Part shown: positions 42,588 through 52,653 of the stretch, in pieces
Layout of the letters: each line of letters starts with the position of its first letter
Numbering within the stretch: the stretch's first letter is position 1
NCBI GenBank assembly: GCA_963843235.1
Contig: CAWJJV010000024.1
Location: 155,590 to 219,589, forward strand
DNA: 64,000 nt
Origin: an uncultured Alphaproteobacteria bacterium
GTDB taxonomy: Bacteria > Pseudomonadota > Alphaproteobacteria > Rhizobiales > Xanthobacteraceae
Direction: 5' to 3'
The notes under the pieces: model-generated
Databases searched by the model: none
Told to the model about the DNA's origin: nothing
The model's input: only the letters and a program-made list of their open reading frames with translations
Translations under genes and position numbers: made by a program

Positions 42588-43646
42588 TCAGGGCGAGAGC
42601 GTAAGGAGCGTGCGATAAACCTCCGCGATCCGGTTGGCTTCGGCATCCAGACTGAAGTTCTCCACCACGCGTGTTCGCCCCCGCGCGCCCATCGCGGTCG
42701 CGGAGGATGGATCGGCCATCAACGGCTCGACCGCCGCGACCAGCGCATCGACATCGCCCGGCGGCGTCAGCACGCCGCTCACGCCGTCCTCGACCACGAG
42801 TTCAGCCGCGCCCGCGCGCGAGGCGACCAGCGCGGCTTCCACCGCCATCGCCTCGATCAAGGTCAACCCGAAACCTTCATTGCGCGAGGTAAAGGCATAG
42901 ACCGTCAGCCGCTGATACCAGCGCTGCACCTCCGCGATCGGCAACTCGTCGGTGATGACGATGCGCGATTGCAAATCGGCCGCCTCGATCCGTTTTTTCA
43001 GATCGTTGGCAAACGCGGTCTGCTCCACCGCCACCGCGCCGACGATGACCGCGGTGAAGTCAGGAAAACGCGGCAGCAGGCGGCACATCGCCTCCACGAA
43101 CACATCGGTGCCCTTCTGCGCGCGCACCCGGCCGAAGCAGCCGATGGCGTAGCGGCCCGGCAGTCCGGCTTCGGCGAACGCCGCCGCGCGATCGGCCGGC
43201 GGTGCGTAGCGATCGGTATCGACGCCATGCGGTATGACCGTCGCTTCGCGCTTGAGAAACGACGCCGAGATATCGGAGGTCGCGATGATCGCGTCCATCC
43301 GGCGGATCAGCCATCGCGTGATCCAGGTGTGGTGGCGCTGCGCCGCCGAGGTGAACACCAGTTTCAACGGCCAGCCGAGCGATCGCAGCAGCACGCCTGC
43401 GATCATCTCGTTGTTGCGTCGCGCATGCCATATCAGCGGTTTGCGGCGCAGCCATAGCCTCGCAAGATCAGAAATTCCCATCCGCGCGATGCCGTCCGGC
43501 GCGTCGGGACCGAGCCACGCCGCACGCAGCATGCTGGCGAGTTTCGGCGCCACCATGCGGTTGGTCGCGGTGACGCCCGAATAGCGCCGGTGCAGATTGG
43601 GCACGATCAACTGCAGGGTATCGGCGGAATTGTTCTCGATCGGCAC
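42588..43646 (-). CDS. lpcC: LPS core GT4 mannosyltransferase, LpcC/LpsB-like
   Basis: IVPNLHRRYSGVT, WHARRNNEM, FTSAAQR, GRVRAQKG, SRNEGFGLT; GTG start chosen. Confidence 0.75.
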   Translation of the reverse strand: MPIENNSADTLQLIVPNLHRRYSGVTATNRMVAPKLASMLRAAWLGPDAPDGIARMGISDLARLWLRRKPLIWHARRNNEMIAGVLLRSLGWPLKLVFTSAAQRHHTWITRWLIRRMDAIIATSDISASFLKREATVIPHGVDTDRYAPPADRAAAFAEAGLPGRYAIGCFGRVRAQKGTDVFVEAMCRLLPRFPDFTAVIVGAVAVEQTAFANDLKKRIEAADLQSRIVITDELPIAEVQRWYQRLTVYAFTSRNEGFGLTLIEAMAVEAALVASRAGAAELVVEDGVSGVLTPPGDVDALVAAVEPLMADPSSATAMGARGRTRVVENFSLDAEANRIAEVYRTLLTLSP

Positions 43647-43773
43647 ATCCGGCTCCGTTTCGGAGCACTCCCTATACGCAACATTAAGCATAGTGGCCAG
43701 TTCACATCGGCCGATACCCACTCTTCACCGCACACCCGATAGCATCCGCCGGCAATTAAGAACGGGGGAGCTC

Positions 43774-44787
43774 ATGACCGTGCTTGTCACCGGCGGCGCC
43801 GGTTATATCGGAAGTCACATGGTTCGTGCGCTGGTGGACGCCGGCGAAAGCGTCGTCGTGATCGACAACCTGTCCACCGGCTTTTCCTCATTCCTGCCCG
43901 AAGGCGTTCCGCTGTTCATCGGCGATGCGGGGGACGAGAACCTGGTCGAGGGCGTCATCGCCGCGCATGACGTCGAGAGCATCATTCATTTCGCCGGCTC
44001 CGTAGTGGTGCCGGAATCGATGCGCGATCCGCTGGCTTACTACCGCAACAACACCATGACGACGCGCAGCCTGCTCAACGTCGCGGTGAAATGCGACGTC
44101 AAACGTTTCATCTTTTCATCGACCGCGGCGGTGTACGGCAATCCGGATCAGGTGCCGGTTTCCGAAAACGCGCCGACGCGACCGCTGTCGCCTTACGGTT
44201 CCTCGAAGCTGATGACCGAAATCATGCTGCATGACGTCGCGGCGGCGCACGGCATGAATTACGTCGCGTTGCGCTATTTCAATGTGGCAGGCGCCGATCC
44301 GCTCGCGCGTATCGGGCTTGCGACCGTCGGCGCCACGCATCTGCTGAAGATCGCCGTCGAAGCGGCCATCGGCCAGCGCGCCAAGATCGATGTGTTCGGA
44401 ACCGACTATCCGACGCCGGACGGAAGCTGCATCCGCGACTTCATCCATGTCAGCGATCTCGCACAGGCGCATCGCGCGGCGCTGTCCTACCTGCGCGACG
44501 GCGGCCGTTCGACGACGCTGAACTGCGGTTACGGCCGCGGCTACTCGGTGCTGGAGACCATCGAGGCGGTGCGGCAGGTCTCCGGGCGCAATTTCGCGGT
44601 TCAATATGCGCCGCGCCGGCCGGGCGACATCATGACCATGGTGGCGGATACCAGCCGCATCCGCGCGACGCTGGATTGGACGCCGCAATACGACGATCTC
44701 GAGACCATCGCCAGGCACGCGCTGGCCTGGGAAGAGAAGCTGTTCCAGGAACGGAACGGCTTCCTGCAGCAGGCGGCGTCGGCCTAG
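43774..44787 (+). CDS. galE: UDP-glucose 4-epimerase
   Basis: VTGGAGYIGSH, HFAGS, FSSTAAVYG, PYGSSK, RYFNVAGA, RDFIHVSDLA. Confidence 0.95.
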   Translation: MTVLVTGGAGYIGSHMVRALVDAGESVVVIDNLSTGFSSFLPEGVPLFIGDAGDENLVEGVIAAHDVESIIHFAGSVVVPESMRDPLAYYRNNTMTTRSLLNVAVKCDVKRFIFSSTAAVYGNPDQVPVSENAPTRPLSPYGSSKLMTEIMLHDVAAAHGMNYVALRYFNVAGADPLARIGLATVGATHLLKIAVEAAIGQRAKIDVFGTDYPTPDGSCIRDFIHVSDLAQAHRAALSYLRDGGRSTTLNCGYGRGYSVLETIEAVRQVSGRNFAVQYAPRRPGDIMTMVADTSRIRATLDWTPQYDDLETIARHALAWEEKLFQERNGFLQQAASA

Positions 44788-44817
44788 CGCCCTCCGGTTC
44801 TGGTCGACCAGATCCAG

Positions 44818-44884
44818 GCCCTAGTCCTTTGTTTTGACGCGTGTTCCCGCCGCGGACCGGGACCCGCTTCGCTTGAAAACGCGC
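44818..44884. repeat. Bru-RS-like short intergenic repeat
   Basis: ctag...gttttgacgcgtgtt...accgggacccgcttcgcttgaaaacgc; recalled as a common rhizobial CTAG-flanked repeat. Confidence 0.55.
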
Positions 44885-45016
44885 CACCATCAAGTTCCGC
44901 GGAAGCCCCTGATTCGGCTTGAAAAGCCCCGATATAGCGGGCAAGGGAGACGGACGTTTCGCATTAACCCTGACGCGCGGGCGGATGCCTGACCCAGCGC
45001 TGTCAATGGAACGCGG

Positions 45017-46835
45017 ATGACCGAACTGACCGAACCTCCAAAGAAAATCACCGACGATCCCTACGGCGCGGCGGTTCTGATTCGCCGCCTGGTCATGGAA
45101 CAGGGGATCGGCCACTGGCGGCGCTACCTCACGGCATTCGCACTGATGGCGGTCTCCGCCGGCGTTACCGCCGCCGCCACCTATGTGCTCGGCCAGGCCA
45201 TCAACCAAGCCTATGTGAACAAGGACATCCACGCCATCGCGTTATTGTCCGGCGTTACGGCTCTTCTGCTGTTCATCAAGGGCGCGGCGACCTACGGCCA
45301 CACCGTGATCCTGTCCAAGATCAGCAACACCATCCTCGCCCACAACCAGCGGCGGCTGTTCGCCAAGCTGATGCGCGAGAGCATCGGCTTCTTCTCCGAA
45401 CGGCATTCGTCGGAATTCCTGGCGCGGCTGACCGCCGGCGCAAAATCGATCACCGACGTGCTCAACATGCTGGTCAATGCGATCGGGCGCGATCTGTTGA
45501 TGTTGATCGCCATGATCGGCATGATGGTGTTTCAGGATCCGATGCTCTCCTTCATCGGCCTCATCGTGGTGCCGCCCGCCATGCTGGTCCTGCGCAAGCT
45601 GGTGAAGCGCATCAAGGGCCTCGCCTACAACCAGTTCACCGGCACCGCCGACATCATGGAGACGATGCAGGAATCGCTACAGGGCATTCGGACGGTGAAA
45701 GCGTTCACGCTCGAAGACACCATGCAGAAGCGCATCGACGAGGATATCGCGATCGTCGAGCGCAACGCCAACAAGATGGCCCGCGTCGCCAATCGTTCGA
45801 ACCCTCTGATGGAGACGCTCGGCGGCTTCGCGGTCGCGGGCTGCTTGCTCTACGGCGGCTACCGCGTGGTCGCGCTCGGCGCCACGCCGGGCCAGTTCTT
45901 CACGTTCCTGACCGCCTTCCTGATGGCGACCGAACCGGCCAAGCGGCTGGCTCGGCTCAATATCGACCTGAACAGCCAGCTGGTCGGCGCGCGGATGCTG
46001 CTCGAAATCGTGGACAGCCCGGCGAGCGAGCATTCCGACGACGACAAGCCGGCGCTGAAGCTTACCGACGCGCGGATCGAACTGCGCGACGTCAGCTTCG
46101 CCTATCGTGCCGGGGAAAACGTGCTCAACCGCATGAGCTTCGTCGCCGAGCCCGGCAAGGTCACCGCGCTGGTCGGCCCCTCCGGCGGCGGCAAGTCGAC
46201 GGTGCTCTCCCTGCTGCTGCGCTTCTATGAGGTGACGCAAGGCGAAATCCTGATCGACGGCCAGTCGATCTCGTCGGTGTCGCGCAAATCACTGCGGACA
46301 CCAGACCGCCTATGTCGGGCAGGACGTCTATCTGTTCCGCGACACCATTCGCGAGAACATCGCGTTCGGCAAAGTCGGCGCCAGCGAGGCCGAGATCATC
46401 GCCGCCGCCAAGGCCGCCTGCGCGCACGACTTCATCATGGGCTTTCCGCTCGGCTACGACACGCCGGTCGGCGAGCACGGCACCCAATTGTCCGGGGGCC
46501 AGCGCCAGCGCGTCGCGGTGGCCCGGGCGCTGGTCAAGAACGCCCCGATCATCCTGCTCGACGAGGCCACCGCCGCACTCGATTCGGAATCCGAACAGCA
46601 GGTGCAGGAGGCGATCGAGCATCTCTGCCAGAACCGCACCACCATCGTCATCGCCCATCGCCTGCACACCATCATGCATGCCGACGCCATCCTGGTGGTC
46701 GAGGGCGGCGAGATCGTCGAGCGCGGGCGCCACGACGATCTGCTGCGGCGCGGCGGGCGCTATGCCTCGTTCTTCCGCCTGCAGCATCGCGAAAGCGGCC
46801 CCCTTACACTGGCGCCGATCATCGCAACCGCGTAA
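45017..46835 (+). CDS. msbA: MsbA-like ABC exporter (lipid A flippase); frameshift near 46298
   Basis: TMD plus NBD; GPSGGGKS, LSGGQRQR, LLDEATAALD, IAHRL; located at the end of the LPS cluster. Confidence 0.8.
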
Positions 46836-46876
46836 ATACGATCCGTTTTTCCGCAACCCCGCCGAGACCCCCTTTC

Positions 46877-47579
46877 ATGAACGCCACATCCTTTGTCATT
46901 CCCGCCCCTCCGCAGGCCTCGATCCCCGTCGCCGGCGAATCGAAATCGTTTCCGGTCCGTCGCATCTGGTGCGTCGGGCGCAATTATCTCGAGCACATCC
47001 GGGAGATGGGAAATGACGAGCGCGCGCCGCCGTTCTTCTTCGCCAAGCATGCCGACATGATCGAGCCGGACGGCGCCACCATCCCCTACCCGCCGCTGAC
47101 CAAGGATATGCACCACGAAGTCGAACTGATCGTGGCGATGAAGAGCGGCGGCCTCAACATTCCCACCGAGAAGGCGCTCGATCACGTCTATGGCTATGCC
47201 GTCGGCATCGACCTCACGCGCCGCGACCTGCAGCAGGCCGCGCGCAAGAAGGAGCGGCCGTGGGAGATCGGCAAATCCTTCGACCATTCCGCGCCCTGCT
47301 CCGCGCTGCAGCCGGCCTCGAAGATCGGCCATCCCTTCGAAGGGCAAGATCTGGCTCTCGGTCAACGGCACCGAACGTCAGAAGGGCGACCTCACCGAAT
47401 TGATCTGGAGCGTGCCGGAGATCATCTGGCAGTTGTCGCAGCAGGTCGCGCTCGGCGCCGGCGATATCATCCTGACCGGCACGCCGGCCGGGGTCGCAGC
47501 ACTTTCGCCGGGCGACAAGATCGAATGCGGGGTCGATGGCGTCGGCACCCTGAAAGTCGCGATCGGCAAGCCGGAATAG
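46877..47579 (+). CDS. Fumarylacetoacetate hydrolase family protein; frameshift near 47335
   Basis: RRIWCVGRNYLEH, PFFFAK, HHEVEL, GIDLTRRDLQ, GKSFD, LTGTPAGV. Confidence 0.9.
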
Positions 47580-47610
47580 GCGTTACGCCGCCTGCATCGC
47601 CGCCAAACCA

Positions 47611-47640
47611 CAAAGGCCCCGAACCTGTTCGGGGCCTTTG
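47611..47640. terminator. Intrinsic terminator
   Basis: caaaggccccgaac-ct-gttcggggcctttg, near-perfect hairpin. Confidence 0.75.
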
Positions 47641-47699
47641 TTACGTCATCAGAGGCGATCGCAAAGACCGGCAACGACGACCGGGCAAATCAACAAATC

Positions 47700-48345
47700 A
47701 GTGTCCAGCCCGTTTCTCAAAAATATTTCGATTCCCATCTGACCCAAATCACCGGCTTATCTCCCGCCATCCCGTCCCGAGAGAGGGCGTATCGCGATCG
47801 TCACGGACGTTGGGATGGGATGCGGTGGACGCGGCAGCGTCGTCGCGCGAGGGGAATGCAGGGCGGGCTTTCAATTGAGGGAATGCCCTTGAGCGTATCC
47901 CCGGCGCGTGGACGAACGGCGCTTCAACGCCTTTGCAGAAATGCGGTTGGCAGCACATGGCCGACCTGAGGATCGGCAGAGGTTGCTGCGTACGGCAAAA
48001 CCGTGTGGTCCTGGCACCCGTTGCTGGTGTCAAGTCGGCGGAGGTTCACGAGCCCAACCGGGTTTCGTTGTACCTTAATCCGTCGGCGAGGGTCGACAAG
48101 ACGAATTCGTCGCCCCGGGAGAGCGCGCCATAAGCCGTAAAACCATTGCGCAGGAAATGCCGGGTGTTCCGGTGACCTGTGGTGACTACCGTGTGCTTAC
48201 TACACTTCGCACACGGGCTGCGGGTGCAACGGGCACCCGGCGTTTCCTGCGCCCTCGCTTGAGGGTCGCGCCTGCGCCCCTCTGATTTTTAGGGGCGATC
48301 ATTTTGCAAACTCGGGCGCATCGTGCCGCGAGATCGCGTAGCTGT
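47700..48345 (+). ncRNA. Long highly structured intergenic element (candidate ncRNA or non-autonomous mobile element)
   Basis: No credible ORF; many stems, e.g. 48148-48166 with 48234-48252 (19 bp, one G-U) and 48189-48196 with 48209-48216. Recalled as multicopy in Bradyrhizobium (not verified). Strand tentative. Confidence 0.5.
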
Positions 48346-48360
48346 ATCGAGAACTATCAA

Positions 48361-48558
48361 CGTCATTGCGAGGAACGGAGCGACGAAGCAATCCAGTCCT
48401 TACCTGCTGCCCTGGATTGCTTCGCTGGCGCTCGCAATGACGGTTGCTAGACTACGGCACGCTTTCAACCGTCATCGCCCGGCTCGACCGGGCGATCCAG
48501 TATTCCAGACCGCTGGTGATGGAATTGAAAAACTGCGGCGTACTGCTCGCAATGACGG
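48361..48558. repeat. Two adjacent GTCAT...ATGAC palindromic elements (48361-48443, 48469-48558)
   Basis: cgtcattgcgag...ctcgcaatgacgg, then ccgtcatcgcccggctcgaccgggcgat...ctcgcaatgacgg. Confidence 0.8.
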
Positions 48559-48623
48559 TTCTGAGCGAACCGGCTGTTTGAAAATCAAATCGGAAATTCG
48601 ATGAACCGCACCGGCCGCCGCGT

Positions 48624-48779
48624 TCAGGCCCGCGCCAGCGCCTGCAGGCCCTTGAAGGTCAGGCGCTTGGGGTCTTTCACGCCGGCCAGATAAAGCCCGC
48701 GAATGAAGGCGGTGGCCGCCTCGCGGTTACAATCGGTCAGCGCAACCACGGCATCGACGGCAATTCGCTGGGCGTCCAT
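48624..48779 (-). CDS. 51-aa small protein missed by the ORF track
   Basis: MDAQRIAVDAVVALTDCNREAATAFIRGLYLAGVKDPKRLTFKGLQALARA; AGGAGG SD at 48785-48790; GC3-rich codons. Confidence 0.75.
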   Translation of the reverse strand: MDAQRIAVDAVVALTDCNREAATAFIRGLYLAGVKDPKRLTFKGLQALARA

Positions 48780-48961
48780 GGATTCCTCCTGAAAGCAGCC
48801 TCAGGCCAAACAGCCTAGGGATCGCCGGTTAATCCGGCGTTAACTGTCTTGCGACAATCGCAGATTCCTCCGGCGAGTCGCATACGCAAAACAACGCATG
48901 GGACAGTTGGACGCGGGCTTTTAACCGCCGTCGCTGCGTCGCCGGAGACGCTGTTTCGCCG

Positions 48962-49903
48962 CTACGGCGTGATGTTTCCGCGATCGCCGAGGTCTTTTGC
49001 CAGACCCGCGAAGTAACTCCGAAGCCGGGGCACCGCAAAGTCCATGAAGGCCCGAACCTTCGGCACCGAGAGCCGGCCGTGCGGCGAAATCACGTGAACG
49101 GGCGTCGGCGGCGGCTCGTCACCGGCCAGCACGATGGCGAGTTCTCCCGCGCGCACCTGTTCGGCGACCTGGTACGAGAGCAGACGCGCGACGCCGCGCC
49201 CGCTGACGGCCGAGGCCACGGCGCCACGGATGCTGTTGATCGCCAGTCTGGGCGTGAACTGAACCGTTCGCGGCACGGCGGAGCCCGGCGAAGGCGGAAA
49301 GCTCCAGGAATGGGCAAGATGAGCCATTGCGATGATCTGGTGTTTGATCAGATCGCCCGGCTCCTCAACGCGCGGATGCTGCGCCAGGTAACGCGGCGCG
49401 GCCACGACCACCCGGCGCACTTCGCCGATCCGGGTCGCAACCATGCTTGAATCGGCAAGTTGGGCGATACGCAGCGCAAGGTCGATGCCTTCATCGATCA
49501 GGTTCACCGGCCTGTCGAGCAAAAGAAGCCGCGCGGACACTGTCGGGTAAGCATCCAGGAAGGCGTCGAGGATCGGTCGCAGCACCATCTCTCCTGAGAG
49601 CACAGGTGCCGTGAGCGTCAGCGTGCCGCGTGGCGCCGACCGCTCGCCCGCGGCGATGATGTCGGCCTCTTCGAGTTCGGTCAGAACCCGCCGGCAAGCC
49701 GCCGCATAGCGTTCGCCTGCCTCGCTCAGTTTGATCGACCGCGTCGTCCGATGCAGCAACTCGGTCCCGACGCGCGCCTCAAGGAAGGCAATCGCGCGGC
49801 TGACCGCGGCGGGCGAACGACCGAGCTTGCGACCCGCACCCGCGAGACTTCCTTCGTCGAGCGCTGCGACAAAGACCTTCATCGCATCGATACGGTCCAT
49901 CAT
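48962..49903 (-). CDS. LysR family transcriptional regulator
   Basis: GSLAGAGRKLGRSPAAVSRAIAFLE...LLHRTTRSIKLSEAG; EGIDLALRI. Confidence 0.95.
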   Translation of the reverse strand: MMDRIDAMKVFVAALDEGSLAGAGRKLGRSPAAVSRAIAFLEARVGTELLHRTTRSIKLSEAGERYAAACRRVLTELEEADIIAAGERSAPRGTLTLTAPVLSGEMVLRPILDAFLDAYPTVSARLLLLDRPVNLIDEGIDLALRIAQLADSSMVATRIGEVRRVVVAAPRYLAQHPRVEEPGDLIKHQIIAMAHLAHSWSFPPSPGSAVPRTVQFTPRLAINSIRGAVASAVSGRGVARLLSYQVAEQVRAGELAIVLAGDEPPPTPVHVISPHGRLSVPKVRAFMDFAVPRLRSYFAGLAKDLGDRGNITP

Positions 49904-50097
49904 TCCTCCCGGAAAAGGCGGCGGGCCCGCGACCAGCAGCGCCCGACATTATCCCGCATTCAATCGCAGGGCGGAAGAGTGTCTGCCGAATAGCGTCTAT
50001 TCGCTCGCCTCACGGAATAGCCTAGCTACAGGCCAACCGATCGGCGCCGCTTGGCCGATCGGAGTTTCGTCTCCCGAAAAGCGCAAAGGAGTTCGCC

Positions 50098-50809
50098 ATG
50101 GGTACCGAACAGAAAGTGGCCGTCATTACCGGCGCGTCGCAGGGCATCGGCGCAGGCCTCGTCAAGGCCTACCGTGATCGCAACTACCGGGTGGTAGCGA
50201 CGGCGCGTTCAATCAAGCCGTCGAGCGATGACGGCGTCCTCGCCGTGCCGGGCGACATCGCCGATTGGAAGACCGCTGAGCGCGTGATCGCCGAAGGCCT
50301 GGCCCGGTTCGGACGCATCGACACGCTGGTCAACAACGCCGGCATCTTCATCGCCAAGCCGTTCACCCAGTACACGGCGGACGACTATCGCGGCGATGCT
50401 GGGCACCAACCTCACCGGCTTTTTTCGCATCACCCAACTCGCCGTCGCCGAAATGGAAAAGCAGGGCCGCGGCCATATCGTGCAGATCACAACGACCTTC
50501 GCCGAGCAGGCGAACGCCAACGTACCCTCGGTACTCGCGTCGCTGACCAAGGGCGGCCTCAATGCCGCGACCAAATCGCTCGCGATCGAATATGCAAAGC
50601 GCGGTGTCCGGGTCAACGCGGTCTCGCCGGGCATCATCAAGACGCCGATGCATCCCGCCAAGACGCATGCGGAGCTCGGCGCGCTGCATCCGGTCGGCCA
50701 TATGGGAGAAATCTCCGACGTCGTCGACGCGGTGCTCTACCTCGAACAGGCCGGCTTCGTGACGGGCGAAATCCTTCACGTCGATGGCGGCCAGATCGCG
50801 GGTCATTGA
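50098..50809 (+). CDS. SDR family oxidoreductase; frameshift near 50392
   Basis: TGASQGIG, LVNNAG, ASLTKGGL, VNAVSPG, VDGG. Confidence 0.9.
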
Positions 50810-50866
50810 ACGGCGCCCGCAGCAGCGACGTGATAGGGGCGGAGCGAGACGGAATCGGAGAATGCT

Positions 50867-52115
50867 ATGGCGGAATTGAACATCGGCGACCGGCACTCCG
50901 ATCGCCGCGATCATCACCAGGCGGCCAGCATCGACATGGCGGTTTGCAGCGGCAGGGTTGTGCGCTTCGCTGGTTGGGCTTGGACTGGCACGGTTCGCTT
51001 ACACGCCGCTGATCCCGGCCCTTATCGCGGCGAAGTGGTTCGGTGCATCCGACGTCGTCTATCTGGGCGCAGCCAATCTGGCCGGCTATCTCGCCGGGGC
51101 GCTGCTGGCCCGGCCGGTCGCAGCGCGTACCGGGCCGACGCGGGCCTTGCGCGTGATGATGGTCCTCGCCACGCTCTCCTGCTTCGCATGTTCGGCCCCG
51201 GTCTCGTTCACCTGGTTTTTCGTCTGGCGCTTCCTGTCGGGCCTCGCCGGGGGCGTCATCATGGTGCTCGCCGCCTCGACGATCCTGCCGCACACCTCGC
51301 CCGCAAAGCGCGGCATCGTCGGCGGCGTGATCTTCGCAGGCGTCGGCCTCGGAATAGCGGCTTCGGGCACGCTGGTACCGCTGCTGCTGCAGCAGGGACT
51401 GCGGGTGAGCTGGTATGGGCTTGGCGCCCTGTCCGGCCTGTTGACCCTGATCAGCTGGACCAGCTGGCCGAAGGAAGGTCCTCCGGCGATTGCCGCTCCC
51501 GCTTCGCATCACCGCGCTCATGGCCGTCAACTCACCGCCACTCGGGCGTTGCTGATCGAATATGGCCTGAACGCAACCGCGCTGGTGCCGCATATGATTT
51601 TCCTCGTCGATTTCGTCGCACGAGGTCTTGGCCAGGGGATCGCCGCGGGGTCGCAATATTGGGGCCTCTACGGCCTCGGCGCGATTGTCGGACCGCTGCT
51701 GACGGGTCACCTCGGCGACAGGACCGGGTTTGGACCGGCCTTGCGCGTATCGTTCCTGGTGGAGGCGGTCGCCATCGTGCTTCCGGCGATCAGCACGGCG
51801 CCGGTTTCGCTGATCGTATCGAGCGCGATCGTCGGAGGTTTTACGCCCGGCATTGTGCCGCTTGTGCTCGGACGCATCCACGAGCTGATTCCGCACAGCG
51901 CCGAACAGCAGCGTGCCGCCTGGGGACATGCCACCACCAGCTTCGCGCTGTTTCAGGCCGCGGCGGCCTATGGCTTCTCCTGGACTTTCGCACGCAGCGG
52001 CGGCGACTACCTGTTGCTGTTTCGGCTGGGCGCCGTAGCCGTCACGGTGGCGCTTGCCATTGAGCTTGTCATGGCTCTGACGGTTGCCCGCAGGCCTCCG
52101 GAAACACCGCGATGA
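50867..52115 (+). CDS. YbfB/YjiJ family MFS transporter; probable frameshift near 50925
   Basis: WRFAAAGLCASLVGLGLARFAYTPLIP, GAANLAGYLAG. Confidence 0.85.
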
Positions 52116-52126
52116 CGCTGGCTTGG

Positions 52127-52438
52127 TCAGACCGATTTGTCGGTGATCATCCCGGTGGGTTTCTGGGCGCTATTGTCGAGCTGTTTCTTGATCATGTCGC
52201 GGATCTTGTCTTCGATCTTCTGCTGGTCGGCCGGGCTCATCGCCTTGAACTGGTCCTCGGTGATACCGAGCTTGCCAAGCATGGACGCGAACATCCGCTG
52301 TGCGGGCGTCATGTTGGCGTATTGGAGGAATTGCTGCTCCGGCGATTGTGCCTGAAGAGACTTGTCCAGACGGCCGGCTGAGGTCGGCGTGCCCAAAGGG
52401 GGCGATGACGAGGAAACGCCGGAAATAGAAACTGACAT
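52127..52438 (-). CDS. Hypothetical protein, 103 aa, Ser-rich N-terminus
   Basis: MSVSISGVSSSS...EQQFLQYANMTPAQRM...PTGMITDKSV; GGAG SD upstream. Confidence 0.7.
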   Translation of the reverse strand: MSVSISGVSSSSPPLGTPTSAGRLDKSLQAQSPEQQFLQYANMTPAQRMFASMLGKLGITEDQFKAMSPADQQKIEDKIRDMIKKQLDNSAQKPTGMITDKSV

Positions 52439-52653
52439 AGCCAACTCCGAATTATTTCGGAGCCAAGCAACCGGCATGCCAACAGGCCATGCGCTAAAAG
52501 TAGTGCGTTTTCATCGCGTTGGCCGCGCGCCGAACAGGTCAAAATTGCCGGATAGGCAGGCGATCAGAAAAATTTGCCGGGAAAATTATTCCCCACGCCG
52601 GTGCGTGGAAGTGACGCCGGGTCATGCGTCACGAACTGCGGGCGCGCGGCGAT

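Noticed and set aside
45017-47878. Apparent 953-aa MsbA-FAH fusion
   Set aside because: Produced by frameshifts near 46298 and 47335; each gene has its own start and stop in the corrected frames.
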